A stretch of 64,000 nucleotides of DNA from Spizellomyces punctatus DAOM BR117. Its lineage: Eukaryota. The position numbers and the translations under genes were made by a program. The DNA lies in assembly GCA_000182565.2 (NCBI GenBank), contig KQ257453.1; one strand, 5' to 3'. Of the stretch, positions 38,021 through 51,780 are shown piece by piece (position 1 is the stretch's first letter; every line of letters begins with the position of its first letter). The notes below the pieces were generated by a model. It was not told the DNA's origin. It saw only the letters and a list, made by a program, of their open reading frames with translations, and searched no databases.

Positions 38021-38450
38021 TTCTTGTAGATCCCTTTCCGAGGACAACGTAGCAACAACCCAAACCCGAACCAGAGCATGCCGGATCATTTGTTCGTTGT
38101 GAATGCCGCGCGGAGGTTATCGACTGCGCATCCAGGAGTCAATGCGTATATATTGATAGGACTGGTTTATATCATATTGGGGCTAGGTGAAGACGCGTTC
38201 TGAGAGATTGGGAATCAGCTGTGGCCCCCGAATGAGGGCGGTGCTGGAGATGGGAGGCAATAGCACCTTTACCAAGAAGAATACTCATGTATCAGAATAG
38301 GAATGTCAGCGTCAGAAAAGTCTGCAGTCTTCAAGGCCTTTTTTTTACATTTGCAGGAAAATGCCAGAGGCCAAAGGATATAGTACAAATTCTGTCAAAC
38401 AATGCTATATAACAAAAAAAGGTTGTGGGGGCCGCAATAACCGCTGCGAA

Positions 38451-40255
38451 TCACGCAGTTATAAAGGCCTCCCGAGGGATCGCATCCCACAAAGCGATCA
38501 ACTGTTCATGCGTCAACTCCCTAAACCCGGCTGTCTTGGTCACTCTTCCAAAATCATCCATGATCTTGAACAGAGCTCTCTGACAAAGGCCCTCGTCTTG
38601 CACCATACAAGCCCGAGCATACACTGTCGCAACACTCTCTACGTCCATTCGAGCATGGAGATCAGCACAACAGAGCTTCTGAAGCCGATCTAGGCAATAC
38701 CTATTGCCCATGACCAAAAGATTCGCCACTGTTTCAACGGACATGCCTTCCAGAGAGTCAGTGTAAAGATATCGAAGGAAAGCTCTGACGGAATGGTACG
38801 GGTCCTCCAACGTTAGGGTTGCGCTCGCAGCTTCACTCATGCCAGAGGTACAGATATTTCGGAAATGTGGCCAACGGGTAGATAATATCAGACGGTGTAC
38901 GAGAATAGGCGGCATGTCCTTTTCAGATGACATAATAGTAAAGTCTGCGAATTCGGGCTTTTCGAAGAGAATAGAGTAATCACGCCCCGCTGCTCCGGGC
39001 GGAACGTAAACTATTCCATACGTTTCCAAATCCAAGGTTAACACTAAGGTTAAATTCGATTCGTCTGGGTCACGGTCATTGGTACCAAACAGGATGAATC
39101 GTCTATCGTCTGGGTTCATCACATAGTAGTGCCAAGACGCATGACGCTGATCCATGTCTGAATTCTCATGACGTCGCCATCGAAGGGAGTCAAGTCCCAA
39201 AGTCCATATACCGGTAGTAGTAGCAATGGCATTTTCATCGTATTTGAGGCATTGCGTGACTACGACGACCAAGTTATTGCCGCACAGTTGAGCAAAATGC
39301 TGACCCAACTTGGGGGGCGAATCTTCACATTTAACAACCACTGTGCAAATAGTGACAGTTAGGGACAGTTCAAGCCTTCCGCGGATCCAAAATGGATAGC
39401 TCACCTTGGCTCACGTTCATGTCATCCAAATCAATAAAGGCAATATCGGTAGCACAATCCAAACTTGCATACATTCCACCGTAGATATATAGACGATTCC
39501 GATATATGCAAGAGAAATGAGAGTATCGGCGAACAAATGGGACATGTGGTTCCCACGTAAACGTGTTCAAGTCCAGTACATGAAGATCGCGAGAGACGTC
39601 GTTTTCCTTCCCTTGGCATCCTCCTATTGAATGTTCGTTAAAACAACGACGTTGGTGCGGTTTACATATTGACAAAGCGTACCGGCAATGTAGAGTTTAT
39701 CATTGTGAATTACAGCGGAATGTTTTGCACGACCTGACGGAATGTCGCCAGAGACTTCTGGCTTCTCCCAAGTTAAGGTCCTCAAATGCAGTATATACAC
39801 ATCGTTCAGGAACTCGTCATTCACGTCCTGCCCGCCAAAGATCACCAATCTGCAGCAAAAAGGGTTATTAGCAACTAAACGTCGTCAAAAAAAGTTACAA
39901 TTTGACAAAGCTCATACTTTCCGTCCTTCCAGTAGGTGGTTGTGTGACTATTTCTAGGTACCGGCCAGTTTCCTTTAACATGCTCAAGTCGCTTCCAGTG
40001 GCTGTCATTTACATTAAAGACGAGAATGTCATTGTACACTTCATCCGTGTACATGTGGAAACTGCGGGAAAGGTGGACGTGACAAGTTTATTCTCAACTC
40101 TTGTCGTTTAGGAGATCAAGAACTTACCCACCGAAAACGTAGACCTTGTTGTCTACCAAGGTACAAGAGGCATTGACCAAGCAAGCATGCGCAGGTGCGC
40201 CAGTGGTCTTGCGAGGTAAAACGGGCATCAATGCAGCAGAGTTGGATAGTGACAT
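38451..40255 (-). CDS. Kelch-repeat + BTB/POZ protein (Ral2/Mds3/LZTR1-like architecture)
   Basis: Kelch motifs VYVFGG, LVIFGG...LTWEKP, GRAKHSA, LYIYGG; BTB motifs FADFTI, VHRLILSTRWPHF, SGMSE, AFLRYLYTD, YCLDRLQKLC. Confidence 0.85.
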
Positions 40256-40364
40256 GACGCCAAACCCGCGACTGAGAAGCCAAACCACTGTCCTTTCAAC
40301 GGGCGAGTTAGAACGGTCAATTTGTTTTTGAATATCATATTTATGAGTTGGATAGGAAAGCAAC

Positions 40365-40436
40365 GGTTCCATGGTGTAGTGGTTAGCACTCAGGACTTTG
40401 AATCCTGCGACTCGAGTTCGAATCTCGGTGGGACCT
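40365..40436 (+). tRNA. tRNA-Gln (anticodon TTG)
   Basis: GGTTCCATGGTGTAGTGG...CTTTGAA...GTTCGAATC...GGGACCT cloverleaf, with A and B boxes. Confidence 0.97.
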
Positions 40437-40747
40437 TATGGGGAATCCCAAGTTCATTGCTTTTTTCTTCCCAGCCTTTTGTCGCAAGTGGTTCTATTCA
40501 TGTAGAGTATTTGAGGAAATCTGATACAAACGACCTCTGCTGATTCTGCAATCGTTCTCTACGAAAAAAAGAAGAACTGGTTCATAGCATGGCCCGGAGT
40601 TTAGTAGAATGTTATAATTCTTATTATCTAAGGCAAGTAGAAGGCAGCAAGCTGGCTCAGTATTAGCAATACATAATTTATGTCCCATGTTTTGGCTGAA
40701 ACGCAAAGCACAATATTGTCCATAACATTGGAATTCAATAGGCGAGA

Positions 40748-42726
40748 TCAAATTCTCCCAGACTCTCTTCGAGGCGGTGATATTCCCCATCGCGCCAGCT
40801 TTTCAAAATGAAACAAATGCCCGCGATTTCGAAGAGCAAAGACGGAATAAGTTAATGAACCAGATGCGACTGCCGCAGCAGTAAGGATGGCAGGAATGTA
40901 AAATGAGTCAGTATCATTCCAAACCTAGAAAGTTCGAAGTGTTAAGGATCGGGTTGAGAGCGAATCAAGTCCAACTTCTTACAATTGTTGTCATGAACGC
41001 CAGCAGTTCAAAGAAATTCTGCATAGAGTATTGCATTCCGTTGATAACTCCGCTTTCCGCTGCGTCAACCCTATTAGGAAAGAATCAAATCATGTTCTAA
41101 TGCATGCGGCATTCAAAATGTCATTGAACGCACCTTTCCTGCATGATCTGCATTTGGGTCATATCAAAAGTCCACAGTCCAAACCGTGACAACGTAGTAC
41201 CAGCAAACATCATGACTCCTGCCGCAACTCCCCCTACAGGCATCCAAAACGAAATCACAACTGGCACCAGTGACCAGAGCTCACTCCAGATTGCCCATAG
41301 TCCGGTCCGCACAAGGCCGATGCGGGCGACCATACGCGGCATAGCAATGGTGGCAGATATACCCGCAAGCACCGCAATACTGCGCATACCGGCGAGAAGC
41401 GCCGAGGAGTATCCTTGTGCAAGCAGATATGAAATCATTACTGGTCCAAAGGACAGCACTGTCATGTAAAGTTGAGCAATGGCCAGGGACGAAAGGAACA
41501 CAGGGTGCCGAAAAAAGCGGGCCCATTGATCCCAACATGATCGTACGGAGCTCGCTACGGGGGATGAATGGTTGACGCTGGGATCGACATCGGTAAGACC
41601 CACAGCAGAAGAGTCCGCACGTTGCTCTGTTGACTCCCTGGCTGTCTTTGGGATGGCCAAGGCTGGAACGCGGCGATACACTTGCCAAATCAGCCACCAC
41701 TGAAGAGGAGCAGTTAGAATGCTCCAACCAGCAGTCACTAGCATGGCAATCGGTGTGGAAAGAGCTTCGGCTATACCAGACACCACGAGGGGCGCTGCAA
41801 CCTTGCACAGCAAGTCTATTCGACGAAGGTAGGCGTTCATACCTAACAGATCAATCAGACTTAATTAAATTTCTCGTGGAGCATTGTAGGCTGCCAGACT
41901 CACTACTTAATGCCGACGTGTCGGCGTGGGCAATAACCACCACCCAGTCGCGTTCCACGGATACAACTTCTCCAATATTCGCCAGTCGCAAGGCAATACC
42001 CAGCAACAGACTTCCTGAATACAGGATATATGTCATCGTCCTATTGACATTCAATCCAAACCGCAGGGTTATTGCATACAAGACCAGTGATGAAGCCGCT
42101 ATGCAGAGATTTTGCAACACAAGGAAGATGCGAATGGCTATTGAAAGGATCACAGAGATGAGTCGGCAGCAGCATAGGACAGAGGGAGACTCTGAAAATG
42201 TCAAAATGCTGCTTGACTACCTTTAAGGCGAGGTACTTTGTCAACCACAGAACCAACTGTCGAGCTGAAAAGAATGGCAAACAATGTGACGAGGAATCCA
42301 TATAGAGAGACGGTCAGAAGAGTGTGCGGAAATATATAGGATAAAAAGAGAGCTAACAAATTGTATAAGTATAGGACATATTGGCTATATTCTTCACCAG
42401 ACGTACCAGTCGCCCACTCATCCATCCTGACGCTCCAAGTCGTCAGAAAGTAGCTCTATCATGTCCTGGGTTTAAGATCCGCGGTCTTATCAGATTTACA
42501 AAGCCAAGGTTCTTGCTACCATAGACAGTCGATGCAACGTCGCTTTATCAAAGGTATCTATCGTTCTTGCTGGGTCATGTCGCGGCTCCTGATCCTCGTC
42601 TAGAGCGCTTTTGTTTTCGTCCGGTGCACATTGGGCTGAGACATTTATTGAAGAGCTGTGCGAGTTGCGGGTAGACTCTTTAGGCTCAATTACTATCGCA
42701 TCGAGAGGTATGGTAGGGTCACTCAT
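40748..42726 (-). CDS. Ferroportin (SLC40A1/IREG family) metal exporter, multi-exon
   Basis: FLTTWSVRMDEWA, VSLYG, GSVVDKVPRLKV, VERDWVVVIA, MNAYLRRIDLLCK-AAP, LYMTVLSFG, SRFGLW-FD--QMQIMQE, RGHLFH. Confidence 0.92.
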
Positions 42727-43940
42727 GGCATAAAATATTCCATACAAATGAGGCTGGTAGGCGTGCGATTCAATCGTGATGGCGTTACTATGACAACAAA
42801 CTGTCCTACCTCAGCTTACAAAGCCAATGGTAGTGAGATGCCGTGTAATGTCCTATTATGTACAGCAATGAAGTCCAGCTTATTCCGAGCACGCACAAGC
42901 ACAAGACTGGTGCTTCCCTTTGGACTCTTGATAGGTTAGCCGCGTATCATGCCGAATGCAAACTATAGTCATTTTTGCACATAGGTATGGCGTGGCTACT
43001 TGAACGCCCGGGATACACAAAGCATTGGAATACTGTTCAGCAAAGACAGGAGCCACTTCAAGCATCACCCATAAACTCAATGGTTATTGCAGAGCAACAA
43101 AAATAATCGTAATTGGGCTACTTTTCCGATCTTTCCATAACAGACAGCCACCAATGGACGCAGGCACAAAGCACCATGCTGAGTGGAAGTAACCAAGTAC
43201 AACCATAATGATGACCAGCTTCACTCTTGTTGAACATGTTGAAGCCAGAATCAAGGTGGCAGAAGCAGTAGATGAAAAGCTCATCCAACTGTGGAAATTA
43301 CTTTGCCAGCAGTAACATGACGTGAATGAGGCATCCAAGATACCGTGCCATCTCCTGGCACCGATCACACCAATATCTACCTCTTACTTTCTACGCAATC
43401 AACTGTGTAGGATGGCTATACTCTTTTAACACTATTCGCCTGCCCATTGCCTAACCCTAACCCAGAGCCCAATTGCCGAGACAGCTGGTTGAAACGCGTA
43501 TGATCGGCGCGCGCTTACGTGATCGCGTTACTAACAATTTTTGTGCTGCGCCGTTTGGCGGATTTCGCCCCAACTACTCCAAGACCTGTCAACGATCGCT
43601 GGCCAAGCGCAGTAATTTGTACGTTGAGGACGAGCGGAATCTCACCTCTGTGGAAAGGCACAGGCGATAACCACCGGATATAGCACACCCGACTTGCGCA
43701 TCCTGTTCAAGTCATAACTTATCTTTCGGTTTTCGTCAGCTTGGAACCTTTGTTGGTCAACACGTCCCGTTCTTGGAAATATAAAGAAACGCTGTGTGCT
43801 GAGAGTAGACGTTTCAAAGACCGTTTTTACCTCCAGCGTTTACACATGTTGGAACAGGTACACTTGATTCTTGAGAGAGATCTACAAACGGTACCAAGGA
43901 ACTCTAGTGAAGAGTCCTACGTTCGAGCTCTACCCAAGGA

Positions 43941-46900
43941 ATGGCGACTGTACACCCTCCACATCAAGCGATAAAACACCCAACGATGCAGAAATCTCCA
44001 TCATCTTCAGCCCATAGTCCATCATCCTCCGCAGTTCAAAACAATACTTGGACATTCACCTCCTCCCCTGCCAATCCTCCTCCTCCCCCTTCCCCAGTCA
44101 CAGATATGACGCCACCACGACATACACTGACAGCAACAACAATCCAACCTGCTTCCACCTCACTTTTGGAAAAGTACCTACGGCATATCATGCGCCAGCT
44201 TGAGTATTGTGTTGAACTCATTGATGATACCCCGGCCCTTGCCGCTCGAGCTCAGTTAGATGCGGCCGCAGGAAATCCGAGCGCATGCATTGTGTATGCG
44301 TTATGCCTGCATGCTGGATCGAAGAGCTTGCAACGTGATGATCAGGAGGCATTAAAGTGGCTAACAAAGGCGGCTAATACGGGTTTGTACGATGGGATGT
44401 GTTATTGTGGTGCTGAGCATTTATGTTCGTCTGACTTTGTACTTTTGAATGCGGTAGAGCTGCCTTTGGAAGCTCAAAAATCAGTGAACGGCAGCGCAGC
44501 GTCGGACCAGTCGCAGTTGAAAGCACCCGAACCAACCCCTTCAGCTGCATCGTCAGATGCCCCACCACAAAATAGCAAGCACAATCACCATCATTACAGA
44601 AAGGCGGTCATTGCTGCAGCAAACGCTATGCTTGGTGATTGGTATCGCCGTGGTGTAGGTTGTGGTGCTGACTACAATAGGTCATTCAAATACCTGAAGC
44701 GCGCCACCGAACTCGGAGACGTGAACGCGTTGTCAGCCCTGGCGGAAATGTATGAGAGGGGAGCAGGCATACATAGAGATGACTCGGCTGCCTTTGTCTA
44801 TTACAAAAAAAGCGCCGAACAAGGTTATGTCAAGTCAATGTTCAAAGTCGGACAAGCGCTGGAGAAAGGCAAAGGTAACACATGTAGAAACTTTGTATTC
44901 TGCGCGTGAGCTCTAATGTCTTGTTAAATCAGGCGTGAATGTGAACTATATGCAAGCGAAAATATGGTATCGGAAAGCCACCTCTCGCGGGCACTTTCCG
45001 TCAGCGGTACGCCTTGCCACCCTTTCCCTCGATCCGGCGTTTGAGACGTATGACAACTTGGTTGCAGCTGCTCAACAGGTCAAAACCCCGCGCACATTGC
45101 ACGATCTTGCACTAGCACACTCGTCTACCAAACATGGAGCAAAGGCTGACATTCGGCAAATGAAAAAGTGGCTTCTCAAGGCGGCGAAAATGGGCCATGC
45201 TCGGTCGCAATGGCTTATGGGAAAGGTCTATCAGGATGGCCGATTGCATGAGGCCCCAACGACGAAGGGATCCCAGGCAGCAGAGTCTACCTATACTCCA
45301 ATGCAGAGAGCATTTTATTGGTATCACCGCGCAGCACTGCAGGGTTTCCAACCCGCTCAATGGGCGGTCTGCAGCATGTATCGTAGCGGCATTGGCATCA
45401 GGCAGGACAATGATATGGCGGATAAATGGCAGCGAGCATCCAACCGATGTGGATGTCAAAAGATTCGCACGGAGGCCCAAGACCAAGCGTGTATCACTGG
45501 GTACAGTTTAAATGAGGCAAATGGTCCCATATGGAATGGGCTCGAACAGGAAAAGCCTTTCAATCTGGTTAACACACAAATATCAGCTGATGCAGGACTG
45601 GGCGGCATGCCTGGGATAAGCGGGACGCCCGTAAGATTTGATCTCACTTCGTCGGCTTCCCGAAGCGGACCTGCCGTTTCAGCTACAGCAACAAATGGTC
45701 CTACATCAGGAGCGAGCGCGGGTCACGGTGTCGTAACATCAGATCAGACTGAACCATATGACACGGATAGTGATGGATACAAGGACATGAAGGTTCTTCT
45801 TGAATCGATGTACCTTACCAAAGGAGTCTATCTTCAGGACCGTGGAAACTCAAAAACTGTACCTACATTACTGCAACTAGAACAATACCGAGATACTAAC
45901 TACGACGCCATAGCACACCTGAAGAACATAAAAACCACCTTCCATAGGGCCGAAGAATACAGTAAACTCGAGCGGCATGAACAGGCTGTTGCCGAATACG
46001 CCAAGGGGTTTCGCGCCTTTGAAGGCCTCTTCGACCTTCAGCATTATAATCTGCGCCTGCTTGCGGCTGTCTCCGTCAGCTTTGTTTTGGCCCGCGACCC
46101 GAATAACTCGGACGCGCTCCTCGTGGACTGTTTCCTTAACCTACTAAATCGTCCATGCGAACTTGGTATAGTTGCCTGCACAAAAGTCATACAAGCAAAT
46201 GCAGAAGAGGTGGCGGCGTATGTGCTTCGAGCAGGATACAGAACACGCCTGATGCTCTTTGAGGAAGCACTAAAGGATTATGAGATTGCATATCGCATAG
46301 AAGGAAAGAATGCGTGCAATACTCCTCAGAAAGATGGGAAAGAGTGCCAAAAAGGAAAGGGAAAGCCCACGCTTTCGCATGCGCTAGCCGAAATCTACTA
46401 TCAAATGGGTGTCTGCCACAGTAATATGGAGGGAAGAGAACATCGAATCGCGAGTATCAAAGCAATGGTCCATTATCTTGGGATGGTTGGGGCGGATGGC
46501 AGGGTGAGCACCCAACTCAGCGTTCTGTTATGGTGCGATGAACGCCACCACTAACCTGCCATTTTCTGATTGATTAGCGAGTACCAGATGCGCACTATAC
46601 AATTGCGGGCAACTGTCTCGCCTTGGACAATGTCCGCAAACTTGTAGAACATTTCTCGAAAGGCCTGGAAGCAGAAACTGTTCGATTTCATTTCTATCCT
46701 CCAAGTAAGTAGACCAAAAAACGGTTTTATAACTTTGACCTTGTGCTAACCAATCTGCGTAGTCATAAATCAGGATCTCAAAACTCGTCTCACCCTCGAA
46801 GTCAAATATGCCGTTGTAACTGGAAGCACTCATGTACGCACCCAACCATGGTCCAAAGTTACACCCACGATTCTCCGCATGGTAGAAGGAGATGAAAGCT

Positions 46901-47134
46901 CTGGAAGCGTAAGTCGAGAATGTCTTGCTTGTGGGAGCTTGGGGAAAACGCGAACATGTGGAAAATGTAGAAGGGCTAGATATTGTAGCGTCAATTGTCA
47001 GGTAGGAGGACGCGAATGATTTATTAACCATATTGGTGGACTAACAAAATCACTTTTACTAGATTGCCCACTGGATTCGTGGGCATTCCTTTGAATGTAG
47101 GCCCGCTAAACAATCTCCATCTGCGGCTGCCTGA
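43941..47134 (+). CDS. Sel1-like repeat + TPR + C-terminal MYND zinc-finger protein
   Basis: Several Sel1 repeats (LGDWYRRGVG, LAEMYERGAG..AFVYYKKSAEQG, AFYWYHRAALQG); TPR-like ALKDYEIA and YYQMGVC; CLACG...TCGKCRRARYCSVNCQ|IAHW..H..EC. Confidence 0.85.
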
Positions 47135-47869
47135 TGTCGCATTACAGTAGAATTACGGAGAAGAATGAACCCGGCTGAGCCGTGGTGAAGTGTGGTGGAT
47201 ATATATATAGAGACGGCACGCATGTACGAAAAGCACAGCGGGAGCAATTCCGTAACCTTGTTCCAAGTGAATGAAAAGCATCTGGGCAGCCCCCGAGTTA
47301 TCACTGGCTATCCCAGCCAGCAAACCAGCACGGGACATCCCTTAATAGTATCCATTGCGCACCTGTTATGAAAAAGGAAGTTCAATGATGCGTTTTGAGT
47401 GCAGAAATATTGACAACAAAGGACAACTACTGTTTGTCTGCACACACACCATGAGTTGCTCAATGTCTATCCAAGCTCACACGGTCCAACTTCATTTGAG
47501 GACATAAGTCTGCGCAGCAAGCCGATCTAGGATGTCGATCGACGTGCAGCGTCATATCGGCAAAACAAAGACTTGGAACTGTTGCTTTCGGCCCAAGGCC
47601 GGTGCCCAAATCATCTGGATTGGCAGGTGGTTTGGGAGGAAGACGCCACGAGTGTCTCAAAGTGCCTGCATCATTACCATCACCATCCCCAGCCATAACT
47701 CCTTTCGTTACTGCCTTGACCACATCCAAAAAACAACAGCTGTGCGGACTGTGTTTTTGGAATTTGCAAAAGCCCCACAAGGCCAGCCCGCAAGGTCGAT
47801 GAAGAATGAGCCAGCAATTAGGGCCGAAGTGTTTTAGGCACATATAAGAGGACAGTTTGGGATCACGAT

Positions 47870-47933
47870 CATGGCAAATAATTCGGTAACAACTTTTTAG
47901 CTCATGGCAAATAATTCGGTAACTACTTTTAGC
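47870..47933. repeat. Tandem duplication, ~33-bp unit x2
   Basis: CATGGCAAATAATTCGGTAAC(A/T)ACTTTT(T)AGC twice. Confidence 0.9.
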
Positions 47934-49689
47934 AAGTCTTTCATCCGAGTTCTCCAATAATGTTCATTACTATACTTTTTATTATTATTAAGGTAATAGG
48001 AATTTATGATACAAAAGACGTTCAACATCCTATATGCCAGTTCCGTCTCTACGAAAGCGGGATGAAAGGGAGGACTTGAGAAGCAAGGCATCTAAAAAGA
48101 CCGGGTAGGTTAGCAAAAAGCAGATGGACGTATGGAAAGATTCCCCAAGATGCACAAAATGGCAGCCCACGCGTGACTGATCGTTATAGCCGAAAAACCC
48201 CCCCACACGGTGCCCAGCTCCCGAAAGATACCGTGAATCGCAGCTGATCAATCAACTGAGAGTCACGGCCCCAGCAAAGCTCACATCATCTAACTCTGGT
48301 CGCTAAACGGATATAAGTCCGGGGAGAGGTGCGGCCCCAGCAGGCATAAAAGCCCCGTAGATACACAGACCTCACGAAACCGAAACTCATGTCACGCGTC
48401 CCCAGAGCCGCCTTTATCCGCCCACCTCAGGACAGACACCAAAGAGTTCAGTCCCCAGATCAGTATGGCACCAGCAGGCGACAGCCCCGAATATGCACAT
48501 AATTCGCCAAGTAAAGGACTGATGTCCAAGGTCCGACTGAGGCAGCTGACGATAAAAGCACGATGAAACCCATCTACTTTCAGCCGCCTACCCACCTAGA
48601 GCTATCCGAGGTAAGGAGCGCGAGTGCACGAATGCGAAGGAATGAAGAAGAAGGGGAGGAGCGATGGACGGGCGGCCTTTTATAGACGACAACCGCGTCA
48701 AGGGGTTGCACGTGGACACGCGTTCATCCAATCAGCGCGACGCACGTTCGACCAATCAGCGACATTCGAGAGTGATGAATCAAATATTAGGTAATCAGCA
48801 CGCAATCATTACGTAACCTGCCTTCTAACGAAGATACGTTTAACGATGAAGATGCAATCTAGATGGAGATTAACCAATGCCCACCAACTTCAGAAGCAGC
48901 GACAAATGTACCAAGCCAACATGGGCGTGAGCGGTGTCATGAGCACTGCCCAAATCTAGGTCAAGCACGCTTGTACAAAATGCACCTTTGCAATTACGGC
49001 GTGAACCAAGTGAATGGAGAGCTCCTTTACAATAGTGAGATGTCCCACTTCATACTCCCTAACCCGGTCCCAAGTGAATGGAAAGCACCATTGAAACAAC
49101 GGGAGATCCCGACCAATCCTCTAACCCTTCTGAAAGCTTTCTCGTCTTGCAACCGGGGCCTGACAGCCGTCAGCCGTCAACAGTAATTGAAACGTGAAAT
49201 AATTGGTAGCGCATGCGACTTTTGTGTTGATGTATAGATTTTCCAGAGTCCACTCTTGGTGATGGGCTGATCGGGGGCTGGAGAGGGCCAAATGAAAAAA
49301 AGAACCTTTGGAACAACGGGCATATGACTGTAGACATGTGAGTTTATGATCGACACAGCAAGCCCAAAGGATGCTGTCAGTCGGTGTCAGTCGCCGTCGG
49401 GGACCTGACACAAACTACCAAAGACATGTTTGGTCTCACTTTGGATGTAAACGCCAGATGAGCTCCGGGGAGACTGCAAATGCACGCCGACCAACGTCTC
49501 CGGAAGTCTCAAAGAGCGCAATAACATCCTAGAGAATTGACAGGCCAAGCAAACGCAGTCTTCCGCGTCCTACCCATTCTAATGCATGCCAGACAGTCGA
49601 AAGACAAACACACTGGCGTCTTGTCATGCCATACAGAATTGTTTCCTGCCATCTGTCGACCTCGTTTTATCACACATTCACATCCACAT

Positions 49690-51780
49690 GGACCTACTAC
49701 TCAGCAGACCAATTTATACCACATCAAGCCCCCAGCATCAAACCCCCACGCAAAAGCAATTGTCATCATCCCACGTCACTTGGGCCACCTCCCACTTATA
49801 GAAGCCTCGCTCCCAATACCTCTCTCCCCATCCATTCTGGCTTCTTACTGCAACCAAAAGCTTCGCTCTCCATACCTCTCCTCAATCAATCGTCCTTCTT
49901 ACCCCTACCTACCAGTCCCTCACCCACACAGACGCCCACCAACGCACCATTGGCTGTCACCGCACTTACCCCACCTCCCCAGCAATTGCTACCCTTCCGT
50001 ACCCAGCCAAGCACCATCTGTCAGCCCGCAGCATGCAGACGAGCAGAAGGAGATGAACCGGACACGACCCCTCTGTGCACACCTTGACTTCTACCATCTC
50101 CGGCCCTCTCGATGAATTCCTTAGAGGTATGTGTTATCTATTTTCGGTTATTCTTGTTTGAGGCATGCATTTATTGACCACAGTTTTGATAGATATTAGA
50201 GTCCCTTGAAGCCGGACAAAGAGCAAGTGGCGACGAGGCATGATGTTGAGGAACGCACCGGAAATTTCCAAGACGAGCCCATCTCAAGCGGAACGGAATA
50301 TCCCCCGACCTTATTCGCAGGAACCACGCAGGAACCACCTCCATCTCGTCTAGCCAATTGTCTACTCACTCCTGCGGCAACAGCCATAGTCGCGGCGAAC
50401 ACGCAAGCACGAGAAATAGCCCACCCCCAGGACGTACTACAACATCTCCAGACTCTGTGGTGGCTTCCTCGTGGGGTACCCCACTTGCTTGGGATACTCC
50501 ACTCCCTTCGCCTGCCATGCTATTGGGGCACCCTATTCGTTCACCTCGTCGCAAGTACATTTGTTGATCCTGATGAAATTGAGGTCGGGACGTAGACGCT
50601 CGAACGCAAGGTTTCGATCATTGAGTGAAGCCACCGTACTTCCCCCATCTGACCGCAAGGCCTGGCGACCCGCTTCGGGTGTTTTGAACAACGCAATACC
50701 GTCGCGAACCCGGAGTCCTCACAAGTATAAGGCTTGAAGATGCCCAGGGCACGTAGATGTCCGCCTCCGACCCACTCCAAGGCACTCCAAATGACCTCAG
50801 CCTGAGGCTGGCGTCACCTCGTCGACTTGTACCCTCTCCAGCCCTCGAGTACCTCGAGGTATGCGCTATATATGTTTTTTCGCTGTTTTTTCTTGTGGTA
50901 TGGAGTTATTGACCACAATTTTGCTGAATTCTTGTCATGCTACGTACTAAATTGGGTTCAAGAGCACTCAAGAATCTGTCCACCCTCTCGAATTTACCAT
51001 TGTATGCACCCCAATGCCATAAACGACTTCTTCGAAGTATGTGTTATATAGGTCTTCTCGCTTATTCTTTTTTGGGGCATGCATTTTGACCAAAATTTTG
51101 ATAGATCCTGGGGTTTAGCGATGCTCAGGAAGAATAGAGCACCAACAGGCAGGATATCGAGCAAGAAGGAGATCCTCAAGACACATCCGGGGAACCGAGT
51201 TCTAATCGGGGATATCCCCTCTCGACGGCCAGTGGAGGAGAAAGCTCGGAAGACAGTCCGGCAGAGAGTCAACGATTGACCGTGCTCGCATTGATGCAAA
51301 ACAATGTCCTTGTGTCGGATCCAGATATGGTATGTGCTACATAGGAATTCTTGGCTTATTTCTTTTGGACATGTATTGATTGAGCATACGTTTGATAGGA
51401 CTCCCAAGGAAACGATAGTGGAGGATATCCTCCAGCAACATCTCCGGGACCGTGCGCAACTGTCAGCAACCTGGGATCTCCCGCACCATGCTGAGGAACG
51501 TAGCACCACCGCCAACACCCAACGGGATCCCTGGACAATAGTTGCAGACCGATCAGAAAGCTCGGACGCGGCAAATCCCGCCAACAGACCCGCCCTCTCC
51601 GCCATGTCTGGCCAATTAACCACCGTCAGCACTTCTGCTCTACCCACGCCTGCACGAGAAATATACGAGCCTCAGGACGGAAGACCCTTCCTGGTCGAGC
51701 AGGATTCACATGTTTTCTTTCGACGAAGAGAGGCTAGCCGTGACCGTGGAGGTCACTTGGTTGCTGGGGTACCCCATTGA
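49690..51780 (+). pseudogene. Degenerate multi-exon gene of an unknown Pro/Ser-rich family, with sequence-similar introns
   Basis: Coding-like segments separated by related introns (50127, 50859, 51037, 51330); in-frame stops break the frames. Confidence 0.45.

Noticed and set aside
43450..43463. CCTAACCCTAACCC telomere-like motif
   Set aside because: Only about two units in a divergent promoter; not a telomere. At most a binding site.
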